Shown: one piece after another, positions 1-8,196 of the stretch | Position numbering within the stretch: the first letter of the stretch is position 1 | How the letters are laid out: each line of letters begins with the position of its first letter | NCBI GenBank assembly: GCA_030645615.1 | Contig: JAUSNB010000015.1 | Coordinates: 35-64,034, forward strand | DNA from: Actinomycetota bacterium | GTDB lineage: Bacteria; Actinomycetota; Actinomycetes; S36-B12 | Length of the DNA: 64,000 bases | Direction of reading: 5' to 3' | Position numbers and translations under genes: made by a program | Notes under the pieces: generated by a model | Database searches by the model: none | Told to the model about the DNA's origin: nothing | Seen by the model: the letters and a program-made list of their open reading frames with translations, nothing else

Positions 1-277
1 CACTGACATTGGATTCGCTATGCACGGTGCCGGGCGGAACGACCGCGGTCTGGCCGGCCGTCAGAACGACCGTCTCCTTCCCGATCGTGAATGTGGCCTC
101 GCCGTCCAGGATCGTGAAGACCTCGGCGCTGCCTGGGTGCGTGTGCTCAACGATGCTTCCACCAGGTTCAGAGACCCAGCGGTATCGCACCACGGCACCG
201 CTCGACTCCAGGCCGGTCACGGTGTACTGGATGTGCTCGCCGGTAGCCGGGTTGTAGGTGGTGCGGTAATGGGCCAT
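1..277 (-). CDS. cupin domain protein (5' portion; 3' end lies beyond the window start)
   Basis: Absent from the ORF track because it runs off the window. ATG at 277-275 gives MAHYRTTYNPATGEHIQYTV...GGSIVEHTHPGSAEVFTILDG...GQTAVVPPGTVHSESNVS. Both cupin motifs are present: G-x5-HxH-x4-E-x6-G and G-x5-PxG-x2-H-x3-N. Confidence 0.75.
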   Translation of the reverse strand, partial: MAHYRTTYNPATGEHIQYTVTGLESSGAVVRYRWVSEPGGSIVEHTHPGSAEVFTILDGEATFTIGKETVVLTAGQTAVVPPGTVHSESNVS

Positions 278-442
278 GCGCCCATTGTCATCACGCGCGC
301 GTCGCGGCTTGAGTCGGGTCTCCGTGTCGCGGAGGCAGGGCTTGCGTCTCAGGAGTGCTTCCTGGCGGACTTTGTGTCACGGGTCGAGGCCATACAGTCA
401 GGGAAGGATCAGGATGCGCACGTCCCACTGGCGGGGAGGCCC

Positions 443-1210
443 ATGAACAGGCGTTCCATCCGCGCGGCCATCGTCGCTGGGGGCGCGTCCATCGTTCTGC
501 TGGCAGGCCTCGTCGCCAGCGCGGCCCCCGTCCAGGCGCGCGAGCTCGAGGCCGTGGACGTCACGAGCACCACGACCCGCAACATGTGGGTGGCGCCGAT
601 GTGGAAGCAGTACGGCGCCATGGTCCTCCGGCAGGAGGACTACCAGGCCTCCCCCGAAGGCCGGTTCGTGTACAGCATCGAGGTCGGCGAGATGTGGGAC
701 AACGGAAGGCGATGCGTCCTCACCCGTAACGGCACCGTGATCCTCGACGGGAAGTGCAAGGACAGCATCCCGTGGGGCGGCCTGGAGCTGCCCGGATCCG
801 GCAAGTACGCCCTGACGTTCAACGGCCGCAAGGTCGCGTCCTGGACGTTTGCCATGCCGTCGGACGTCCCGACGCCGCTGGCGCCGGCCGCGTGCGCGAT
901 CACCTCGTTCCGCCCCGGCCTCGTCGGCGAGCTCGGGCCGACGTTCCAGGTCACCACGAACGGGCTGTGCAGCAGCGGCTACTGGTACTACCAGGCCGAC
1001 TACCCCGACGGCGGGCAGGCGTACCGGCGCTTCCGACTGCCGACCGACGGCGTCTTCCTGGTCAGGGACCTCATCTCGAACACCGAAGCCGTTACGCTCA
1101 GCGTCGTCTTCCTGCCTCGCGGCTACCAGGTGCTCACTGCCTCGTCGCTCGCGACACCGGCTGGGGCCAAGCCGGGATGGCATGCGGTGCCCCAGCAGAT
1201 CGGCTACTGA
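443..1210 (+). CDS. secreted hypothetical protein (Sec signal peptide, 6 Cys)
   Basis: Internal ATG of ORF 20..1210, preceded by GGGGAGG. N-terminus MNRRSIRAAIVAGGASIVLLAGLVASAAPVQA is a typical signal peptide. No family recognised. Confidence 0.6.
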   Translation: MNRRSIRAAIVAGGASIVLLAGLVASAAPVQARELEAVDVTSTTTRNMWVAPMWKQYGAMVLRQEDYQASPEGRFVYSIEVGEMWDNGRRCVLTRNGTVILDGKCKDSIPWGGLELPGSGKYALTFNGRKVASWTFAMPSDVPTPLAPAACAITSFRPGLVGELGPTFQVTTNGLCSSGYWYYQADYPDGGQAYRRFRLPTDGVFLVRDLISNTEAVTLSVVFLPRGYQVLTASSLATPAGAKPGWHAVPQQIGY

Positions 1211-1833
1211 TGGGCGAGGATCGGCGAGCGCCCGACGTTGGCGTGCGCCCAGCGGCCCTCGATGACGTCGCATCCGTGGCGACGATGGTCGCGGCCGCCT
1301 TCGCCGCGGACCCCGCCTGGTCGTTCATCGTCGGGCCCGGCAACCCCGCCGCGAGGGAGGCGTTCGCCCGCACCCTGCTCATGCCGCGCATCGGCCGGGG
1401 CACCGCATGGGTGGCGGACGACTGCACGGCCGTCGCGATGTGGGACCGCATCGCTGTCGAGCGCCAGGTCGACGATGACCATGACGTGCGATGGGCGGCA
1501 TTCCGTGTCGAGGTTGGCGAGGAGGTCTGGGCCCGGCTCGAGGCATACGAAACCGCGCTGAAGGCGGCCGCCCCCGCCCGGCCCTACTGGTACCTCGGGG
1601 TGCTTGCCACCCACCCCGGCCACCAGGGTCGTGGCCTGGCGAGCGCCGTGCTGAGTCCGGGCCTGGAGGCGGCGGACGCCGAAGGCTGGGACTGCTGGCT
1701 CGAGACGTCGACGCCCGCCAACAAGGCCTTCTACGCCGGCCGCGGCTTCACCGACGCCGTGCCGGTCGACGTGCCCGGCGGGCCGCCGACCTGGTGGCTG
1801 CGCCGACCGGCGCGGCAGTCGCCGCGGGACTAG
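1210..1833 (+). CDS. GNAT family N-acetyltransferase
   Basis: In-frame ATG of ORF 754..1833 overlaps the upstream TGA (ATGA). The acetyl-CoA binding region LATHPGHQGRGLASAVL and the C-terminal NKAFYAGRGF are GNAT-like. Confidence 0.75.
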   Translation: MGEDRRAPDVGVRPAALDDVASVATMVAAAFAADPAWSFIVGPGNPAAREAFARTLLMPRIGRGTAWVADDCTAVAMWDRIAVERQVDDDHDVRWAAFRVEVGEEVWARLEAYETALKAAAPARPYWYLGVLATHPGHQGRGLASAVLSPGLEAADAEGWDCWLETSTPANKAFYAGRGFTDAVPVDVPGGPPTWWLRRPARQSPRD

Positions 1834-2591
1834 GCGATCTTGCGGCGGTAGGCCACCATCGCGAGGCCGTAGGCGAGCACGAGGAGTCCGAGGCACCAGG
1901 CGAGGGCAATCCAGATGTCGGTGCCGACCGACTGCTGGGCGAACAGGTCGCGGATCGCGTTGACGATGGGAGTCACCGGCTGGTTCTCGGCGAACGCGCG
2001 GACGGGGCCGGGCATGGTGGCGGTGAGGACGAAGGCCGAGCTGATGAACGGCAGCAGGATGAGCGGGTAGGAGAACGCGCCTGCGCCGTCCACGGTCTTC
2101 GCGGAGAGCCCGGCGATGACGGCGAGCCAGGTCAGCGCCAGGGTGAACAGGACGAGGATGCCGGCCACGGCGAGACATCCCAGCGCGCCGGCACCCGAGC
2201 GGAAGCCCATGAGGAGGGCGACCAGCATGACGACCGCGAGCGAGACCAGGCTGGCCACCAGTGAGGTCAGCACGTGCGCCCACAGCACGCTCGAACGCGC
2301 GATCGGCATGGACTGGAAGCGCTCGAAGATGCCGCTCTTCATGTCCATGAACAGCCTGAATGCGGTGTAGGAGATGCTCGACGCGATCGTGATGATCAGG
2401 ATGCCGGGCAGCAGGTAGTTCACGTACGAGTCCGACCCGGTGTCGATCGACCCGCCGAAGACGTAGACGAACAGCAGCATGAAGGCGATCGGCATGATCG
2501 TCGTGGTGATGATGGTGTCCGGGCTGCGCGTGATGTGGCGAAGCGACCGACCGGTCAGCAGGGCGGTGTCGCCGAGGAAGTGCCTGATCAT
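1830..2591 (-). CDS. ABC-2 type transporter permease (DrrB-like)
   Basis: MIRHFLGDTALLTGRSLRHITRSPDTII... with 6 predicted TM segments. The start ATG overlaps the stop of the upstream ATPase (ATGA at 2588-2591). Confidence 0.85.
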   Translation of the reverse strand: MIRHFLGDTALLTGRSLRHITRSPDTIITTTIMPIAFMLLFVYVFGGSIDTGSDSYVNYLLPGILIITIASSISYTAFRLFMDMKSGIFERFQSMPIARSSVLWAHVLTSLVASLVSLAVVMLVALLMGFRSGAGALGCLAVAGILVLFTLALTWLAVIAGLSAKTVDGAGAFSYPLILLPFISSAFVLTATMPGPVRAFAENQPVTPIVNAIRDLFAQQSVGTDIWIALAWCLGLLVLAYGLAMVAYRRKIA

Positions 2592-3373
2592 TGCTGCTCC
2601 TTGCTCGTGGCTTGCCCACCGCCGACGATGGCGAGGAAGACGTCCTCGAGGCTCGGCTGCTTCTCGACGTACTCGACCGTGGCGGGCGGCAGGAGGGCCT
2701 TGAGTTCGGCCAGGGTGCCGTTCGCGATGATCCTGCCCTCGTGGAGGATCGCGATCCGGTCGGCGAGCTGCTCGGCCTCGTCGAGGTACTGGGTCGTGAG
2801 CAACACCGTCGTCCCCTGCCCGGCGAGCTCCTTGATGCTGCTCCACACCTCGAGGCGCGATTGCGGGTCGAGGCCGGTGGTCGGCTCGTCGAGGAAGATC
2901 ACCGGCGGGTTGCCGATGAGGCTCATGGCGATGTCGAGCCTGCGGCGCATGCCGCCGGAGTAGGTCGCCACCCGGCGCTGCTCAGCGTCGGTGAGGCCGA
3001 AGCGGGCCAGCAGGTCGTCCGCGATCCGGCCGGCGTCCTGCTCGTGGCGCAAGCGGGCCATGAGGACGAGGTTCTCGCGGCCGGTGAGGATCTCGTCCAC
3101 GGCCGCGAACTGCCCCGTGAGGCTGATGGACTCCCGCACGCTCGCCGGCTGCGTCGCGGCGTCGAACCCGGCGACGGTGGCCGTCCCCGCGTCGGGCTTG
3201 AGCAGCGTGGCCAGGATCCGCACCACGGTGGTCTTGCCCGCGCCGTTCGAGCCGAGCAGGGCGAAGATGCTGCCCCGTTCCACGTCGAAGTCGATGCCGC
3301 GCAGCACGCGCAGTTCCTTGAACGACTTCTCCAGCGCCTGAACGCGCAGCGCCGGGGCGGTCTGCGTGGTCAT
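2588..3373 (-). CDS. ABC transporter ATP-binding protein (DrrA/daunorubicin-resistance type)
   Basis: Walker A GSNGAGKTT, signature YSGGMRRRL, Walker B VIFLDEPTTGLD. Confidence 0.9.
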   Translation of the reverse strand: MTTQTAPALRVQALEKSFKELRVLRGIDFDVERGSIFALLGSNGAGKTTVVRILATLLKPDAGTATVAGFDAATQPASVRESISLTGQFAAVDEILTGRENLVLMARLRHEQDAGRIADDLLARFGLTDAEQRRVATYSGGMRRRLDIAMSLIGNPPVIFLDEPTTGLDPQSRLEVWSSIKELAGQGTTVLLTTQYLDEAEQLADRIAILHEGRIIANGTLAELKALLPPATVEYVEKQPSLEDVFLAIVGGGQATSKEQQ

Positions 3374-3747
3374 CCGGACGCCTCCTGGCTCCCGGGGCCC
3401 ATCTCCTCGGCGCGCGCGATGGCCTCGTTCAGCCGGCTGCGCTCCCGGGTGATGTAGCCGCCCTTCTCGTAGTTCTGGACCAGAGCCTCGGCAAACTCCA
3501 CAGGGTCCTCGCCGACGATCTGGCGGATAGGCGTCCCGTCCGCAGCGGCCCGCTCGAACAGGTCGGCCAGGTCCTCGAACAGCGACGCCGCGTTGTCTCC
3601 GTCGACCGGCCCGAAGTACATGAGGTAGCGCTCGATGCCGACGACGGCCGTGCGGTAGTTCTCCGGAAGCTGCTTCACGCGGGCCTTGTACTCCCGCCAG
3701 CGCCGCTTGTCGCCGATCACCTTCAAGGTGAAGTCCGAGATGCCCAT
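3370..3747 (-). CDS. DUF1048 domain protein
   Basis: MGISDFTLKVIGDKRRWREYKARVKQLPENYRTAV... matches the DUF1048 pattern usually found with PadR plus an ABC exporter. ATGA overlap with the ATPase start. Confidence 0.75.
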   Translation of the reverse strand: MGISDFTLKVIGDKRRWREYKARVKQLPENYRTAVVGIERYLMYFGPVDGDNAASLFEDLADLFERAAADGTPIRQIVGEDPVEFAEALVQNYEKGGYITRERSRLNEAIARAEEMGPGSQEASG

Positions 3748-3749
3748 GA

Positions 3750-4079
3750 TCAGTTGCCTCCTTCGCGGAGCTGGTCCAGTCGCTCTGCGAGGAAGCTCCA
3801 CGTCCTCCAGAACTCGTCGAGGTACTCCCGTCCCTGCGCGTTCAGCGTGTAGACCTTGCGCGGCGGCCCCTTCTCGGACGGGACCTTCTCCACGTCGACG
3901 AGGCCGCGCTGCTCGACCCTGATCAGCAGCGCGTAGACAGTCCCCTCGGCGATGTCGGAGAAGCCCTTCTCCCGCAGCCAGGCGGTGATCTCGTAGCCGT
4001 AGGCAGGCTGGCGCGCCAGGACGGCGAGGACGATGCCCTCGAGCGTGCCCTTGAGCATTTCGGTCACCTGCTTGCCCAT
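3750..4079 (-). CDS. PadR family transcriptional regulator
   Basis: MGKQVTEMLKGTLEGIVLAVLARQPAYGYEITAWLREKGF...GTVYALLIRVEQRGLV...RKVYTLNAQG is a winged-HTH PadR signature. The internal ATG was chosen over the TTG at 4112. Confidence 0.85.
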   Translation of the reverse strand: MGKQVTEMLKGTLEGIVLAVLARQPAYGYEITAWLREKGFSDIAEGTVYALLIRVEQRGLVDVEKVPSEKGPPRKVYTLNAQGREYLDEFWRTWSFLAERLDQLREGGN

Positions 4080-4098
4080 GGACCGCGCCCTCTCTCTG

Positions 4099-4144
4099 CT
4101 ACTCAGTAACAATGACTACCAGTAGATAGTAACACTGAATAGTG
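4099..4144. promoter_or_regulatory. AT-rich repeat-bearing operator/promoter region between padR and the DUF4287-arr pair
   Basis: About 37% G+C by my count in a very GC-rich background. Direct repeat AGTAACAnTGA at 4105..4115 and 4129..4139. Short palindromes TACTcAGTA, CTACcaGTAG and CACTgaatAGTG. Confidence 0.4.
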
Positions 4145-4179
4145 GCGCAAGGTCAACCGTCGAACCTAGGATCACCGCC

Positions 4180-4734
4180 ATGGCCACCAACCCCGACCGC
4201 GCGAGCTACTTCCCGGCGATCGAGAAGAAGCACGGGCAGCCGATGTCCTACTGGTTCGACCAGATGGAGCAGATCGCCGACCGCAAGTACCCGGAACAGA
4301 TCGCCTTCCTGCGCGAGAACCACGGATTCAGCCAGGCCCACGCCAACGCGCTCGTGCTGTACTGCCGGGGCTCGAAGAGCGCTCACCGCGTCAACACCGT
4401 CGACGAGTACCTCGCGCCCTTCGACCAGACCAAGCAGGCGACCGTGCGCGCGATCTTCAAGGCCATCACGACCAAGTACCCGAAGCTGGAGCTCGTCATC
4501 GCGTGGAACCAGCCCATGCTCAGGCTCGACAGCCAGTACGTCTTCGGGGTCTCGGTGCTGACGAACCACCTCCTCATCGCGCCCTGGGGCAACGGCATCC
4601 TCGACGAGTTCCGCCCGCGCCTGGCCGACTACAAGGTCAACAAGAAGACCATCCAGGTCCCGGTCGACTGGAAGCCCGACGCGAAGCTGCTCCGCGACAT
4701 GGCCGCCGCGCGCATCGCCGAGATCAACGCCTAG
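4180..4734 (+). CDS. DUF4287 / DUF1801 (YdhG-like) two-domain protein
   Basis: N-terminus SYFPAIEKKHGQPMSYWFDQM...HGFSQAHANALVLY is DUF4287-like. C-terminus VDEYLAPF...VRAIFKAITTKYPKLELVIAWNQPML is DUF1801-like. Confidence 0.7.
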   Translation: MATNPDRASYFPAIEKKHGQPMSYWFDQMEQIADRKYPEQIAFLRENHGFSQAHANALVLYCRGSKSAHRVNTVDEYLAPFDQTKQATVRAIFKAITTKYPKLELVIAWNQPMLRLDSQYVFGVSVLTNHLLIAPWGNGILDEFRPRLADYKVNKKTIQVPVDWKPDAKLLRDMAAARIAEINA

Positions 4735-4738
4735 CGCC

Positions 4739-5167
4739 GTGGAACTGGATCCGACACGACTGGGGTCCGCCGACCCCGGGCCGTTCTTCCACGGCACGAA
4801 GGCCACGCTGAGCACCGGCGACTTGCTGGAGTCCGGCAACAGCTCCAACTTCGGCTCGGGGTCGGTCGCGAACTTCGTCTACCTCACCGCGACCCTCGAC
4901 GCCGCCGTCTGGGGGGCCGAGCTGGCGCAGGGCGACCCGCCCGGCCGCATCTATGTCGTCGAGCCCACCGGGCCCTTCGAGGACGACCCGAACCTGACCG
5001 ACAAGAAGTCCCCCGGCAACATCACGCGGTCCTACCGCACCCGCGACCCCCTGCGCGTGGCCGGCGAGGTCGTGGGCTGGGCGGGCCACCCGCCCGAGGT
5101 GCTCCGGGGGATGCTGGACCGCCTCGAGGAACTCAAGCGGCAGGGCGTCGAGGCCATCAACGACTGA
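4739..5167 (+). CDS. arr: NAD(+)--rifampin ADP-ribosyltransferase
   Basis: 142 aa. FFHGTKATLSTGDLL, AVWGAELA, IYVVEPTGPFEDDPNLTDKKSPGNITRSYRTRDPLRV and GHPPEVLRGMLDRLEELKRQG are nearly colinear with the mycobacterial Arr sequence as I recall it. Confidence 0.85.
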   Translation: MELDPTRLGSADPGPFFHGTKATLSTGDLLESGNSSNFGSGSVANFVYLTATLDAAVWGAELAQGDPPGRIYVVEPTGPFEDDPNLTDKKSPGNITRSYRTRDPLRVAGEVVGWAGHPPEVLRGMLDRLEELKRQGVEAIND

Positions 5168-5180
5168 CCCTGCGCACCGG

Positions 5181-5576
5181 CTAAGCCGCGGCGGGATCGG
5201 GCTGGTGGATGCCGAACGTGTTCCCCTCGGGGTCGAGGTAGTAGCCCTGCCACGCGACCCCTGTCAGGGCCATCTTCGGCAGCGCGACCTGCCCGCCGGC
5301 GTCGAGGATGCGCGCCTCGACGGCGTCGTAGTCCTCGACCTGCATGGTGCACACGAACGCGTTCGTGCCCGTGCCGGGCCCGCCGGTCGGGGCCGGGCGA
5401 GGCAGCAGGCCGCCGTTGATCCCGGGCTCGTCGTCGGGACCCGTGACGATGCCCCAGTAGGTGGCGCCCGTGAACTCGCCCCAGTCCTGGAAGGCCCAGT
5501 CGAACACCGCACCGTAGAAGGCCTTCGCCCGCTCCACGTCGTCGGCCTGGATCTCGAAGTGCACCACCCGTGCCAT
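5181..5576 (-). CDS. VOC family protein (glyoxalase/bleomycin-resistance fold)
   Basis: MARVVHFEIQADDVERAKAFYGAVFDW...GYYLDPEGNTFGIHQ. GGGGAGG RBS upstream of the ATG at 5576. Confidence 0.8.
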   Translation of the reverse strand: MARVVHFEIQADDVERAKAFYGAVFDWAFQDWGEFTGATYWGIVTGPDDEPGINGGLLPRPAPTGGPGTGTNAFVCTMQVEDYDAVEARILDAGGQVALPKMALTGVAWQGYYLDPEGNTFGIHQPDPAAA

Positions 5577-5672
5577 GACGCCTCCCCTGATCGATCCCGA
5601 ACCAGCCTGACAGGTACCAGACCCGGTGACCACCGATCTCGCCCCCGGCGCGACTCTGCCAAGATCCGCGAT

Positions 5673-6140
5673 ATGACACTGCCGTCCCACGCCGACTCGA
5701 TCTACATCGAGCGCTCGCCCGCCGACCTGTACGCCATGGTCTCCGACGTCACCCGAATGGGCGAGTGGAGCCCGGTCACCAAGGCGGGCCGGTGGGACGA
5801 CGGGGCCACGGCCGAGGTCGGGGCCTGGTTCTTCGGGCGGAACGAGACACCGGACGCCACGTGGGAGACGCGGTGCCAGATCGTGGCCGCCGATCCGGGC
5901 CGCGAGTTCGCCTTCGTCACCCTGGGAACGGTGGCGCGCTGGGGCTACTCGTTCGAGGCAACGGGCGCCGGCACGACGGTGACCGAGTCGTGGGAGTTCC
6001 TGCCGGGGGGCATCGACTTCTTCCGCGAGCGCTTCGGCGACGACGCCGACCGCCAGATCGACGAGCGGCTCGAGCGCGCGCGGACGGGCATCCCGCAGAC
6101 GCTCGCCGAGCTCAAGGCCGTCGCGGAATCGACAGGCTAG
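5673..6140 (+). CDS. SRPBCC family protein (polyketide cyclase/dehydrase-like)
   Basis: MTLPSHADSIYIERSPADLYAMVSDVTRMGEWSP... is typical of the SRPBCC N-terminus. Confidence 0.75.
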   Translation: MTLPSHADSIYIERSPADLYAMVSDVTRMGEWSPVTKAGRWDDGATAEVGAWFFGRNETPDATWETRCQIVAADPGREFAFVTLGTVARWGYSFEATGAGTTVTESWEFLPGGIDFFRERFGDDADRQIDERLERARTGIPQTLAELKAVAESTG

Positions 6141-6244
6141 GCCGAGCCCATCCTGCTCCGGGCTGGCCCTACGTCCGGCCAGTGATCGGAGGAGACTTGG
6201 CGCTGTGGGCTCCGCGGCTCGCCCCGCTGAGGAAGGACAGGGCC

Positions 6245-7243
6245 ATGAGCGAGGAACGCCAGGTCGGGTCATTGAGCGGCTGGGTAGCCCTGCCGATCGT
6301 CGTCGTGCTCTATGTCGCCACGCCCCTGCTGGCCTGGTGGTCGTTCGCCTCAGGCGGCGTCTCCAGCGAAGGCGGGCAGCCGGTGTGGGCGCTGCTGGTC
6401 CTCGCCGTCGTCAGCCTGCTGCTGGCGATCGTCGCGACCGTCGGCTTCTACACGCTGCAGCCCAACGAGGCCCGCGTGCTGATCCTGTTCGGCACCTACA
6501 AGGGGACCGTCCGCAAGCCGGGCTTCATGTGGGGCAACCCGTTCTACGCCAACGGCTCCGCCGGCCAGCAGCAGGCCGCCCGCATGACGGGCCGCAAGGC
6601 CAAGGGCGAGGGCGAGTCACCACAGGCACCGAGCCGACCGCGTCGCTACAAGGTGTCGTTGCGCGCCCGCACCCTCAATGGCGAGCGGCTCAAGGTCAAC
6701 GACCGACGGGGCAACCCGGTCGAGATCGCGGCCGTCGTGGTGTGGCGCGTCGAGGACACGGCGAAGTCGGTGTTCGACGTCGACGACGTCGAGAGCTACG
6801 TCGCGACCCAGAGCGAGACGTCGGTGCGCCACCTCGCGACGAGGTACCCGTACGACGCGGGTGAGTCGGCGGCCGACGAGCCAGAGGAGCTGACCCTGCG
6901 GGGCAACGTCGACGAGGTGTCCGACGCCCTGCGCATGGAACTCGGCGAGCGTCTTGCGCCCGCGGGAGTGACGGTGGACCAGGCGCGGCTGACCCACCTC
7001 GCCTACGCCCCGGAGATCGCCCAGGCCATGCTGCGCCGCCAGCAGGCCGAGGCCGTCATCGCGGCACGGCCCAAGATCGTCACCGGTGCCGTCAGCATGG
7101 TCGAGATGGCGCTCGCGGACCTCGAGACGAAGGGCATCCTGGTGCTCGATGCCGAGCACCAGGCGACGATGGTCAGCAACCTCATGGTGGTGCTGTGCGG
7201 GGAGAGCCAAGTGACCCCGGTCCTCAACACCGGGCTTGGCTAG
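6245..7243 (+). CDS. SPFH/band-7 domain membrane protein
   Basis: Two N-terminal TM segments, then LQPNEARVLILFGTYKGTV...NDRRGNPVEIAAVVVWRV...AYAPEIAQAMLRRQQAEAV. GAGGAAGGA RBS. Confidence 0.75.
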   Translation: MSEERQVGSLSGWVALPIVVVLYVATPLLAWWSFASGGVSSEGGQPVWALLVLAVVSLLLAIVATVGFYTLQPNEARVLILFGTYKGTVRKPGFMWGNPFYANGSAGQQQAARMTGRKAKGEGESPQAPSRPRRYKVSLRARTLNGERLKVNDRRGNPVEIAAVVVWRVEDTAKSVFDVDDVESYVATQSETSVRHLATRYPYDAGESAADEPEELTLRGNVDEVSDALRMELGERLAPAGVTVDQARLTHLAYAPEIAQAMLRRQQAEAVIAARPKIVTGAVSMVEMALADLETKGILVLDAEHQATMVSNLMVVLCGESQVTPVLNTGLG

Positions 7244-8193
7244 CGCGCGGCGAGCGCCTGGCGGAAGCGCTTGTCCTCGTACAGCAGCACATCGGCACGG
7301 GCTAGTGCGGCCTCGAACGATTCGTCCGGTGCCCAATCGGTGACCCCGCACGACCACGGGCCCGGGGACTGCTCGCGGAGTCGGCTGACGAGCGTGCTGG
7401 TGTCCGATGGGGCGGTCTGCGCGAGGATGACGAGGAACTCGTCGCCGCCCATCCGGACGGCCAGGTCGTCGGGGCGCAGGCCGCCTCGCAGCACGGCGGC
7501 GAACTCCCGCAGCAGCCGGTCTCCGGCCTGATGGCCGCTCGCGTCGTTGACGACCTTGAGGCCGTCGAGGTCGATCGAGATCAGGGTTCTGGGCAGGGCA
7601 GCCCGGCCCGGCCTCGGGTGGATCCGGAACGACTCGCGCAGGCCATTGCGGTTGAGCAAGTGGGTGAGGGAGTCGTGCGTCGCCGCGCGGGTCACCTCGC
7701 CCACCACGAGACTCAGGCCAAGTGCGATCCCGAACAGCATTCCCGTCATGAGGAACCAGGTCTCCGCCAGTTCGTCGATCATGCCGCCGACGTGGATCGC
7801 GACGAGATATCCAACGGAACTTAGGGCGGCCACGTTGTAGGGGAACCAGCCACGCCACCAAATGCCGGAATAGAGGACCGCGACGAACGTCCCGATCGCA
7901 ACGGGTGTCGTGGTCCTGATCGCCATGCTGACCGTGGCTGCTACTTGGATGAGCGCTGCTGCCTTCAGGAACCACGCGGGGGTCCTCTCCCGCCAGGCGA
8001 GGAGAACGCCGACGATGACCAGCTGGACGCCGACTTCCGGCAGCCACGTGCCGGGCTCGCTCGGGAACTGGAACGCCCGGACCACGGAAGACGCGATATA
8101 GGCGCCGCACCACAGCAGCATCGTCCACACCGGGCCGCCCATGCGCTGGAAGGCGTGCCTCATGGTCCCGCCCGCCGCGGCGGTTCGGATCAC
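7240..8193 (-). CDS. membrane-anchored diguanylate cyclase (GGDEF)
   Basis: About 5 TM segments, then HDSLTHLLNRNGL...IDLDGLKVVNDASGHQAGD...RPDDLAVRMGGDEFLV. GGDEF motif with an RxxD I-site 5 residues upstream. Confidence 0.8.
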   Translation of the reverse strand: MIRTAAAGGTMRHAFQRMGGPVWTMLLWCGAYIASSVVRAFQFPSEPGTWLPEVGVQLVIVGVLLAWRERTPAWFLKAAALIQVAATVSMAIRTTTPVAIGTFVAVLYSGIWWRGWFPYNVAALSSVGYLVAIHVGGMIDELAETWFLMTGMLFGIALGLSLVVGEVTRAATHDSLTHLLNRNGLRESFRIHPRPGRAALPRTLISIDLDGLKVVNDASGHQAGDRLLREFAAVLRGGLRPDDLAVRMGGDEFLVILAQTAPSDTSTLVSRLREQSPGPWSCGVTDWAPDESFEAALARADVLLYEDKRFRQALAAR

Positions 8194-8196
8194 CGG

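Noticed and set aside
4600-4738. A rifamycin-associated element (GC-rich palindrome) upstream of arr.
   Set aside because: I could not find a GC-rich inverted repeat in the 3' end of the upstream gene or in 4080..4179. My recollection of the exact RAE consensus is also imperfect, so this needs a proper PWM search rather than a call.
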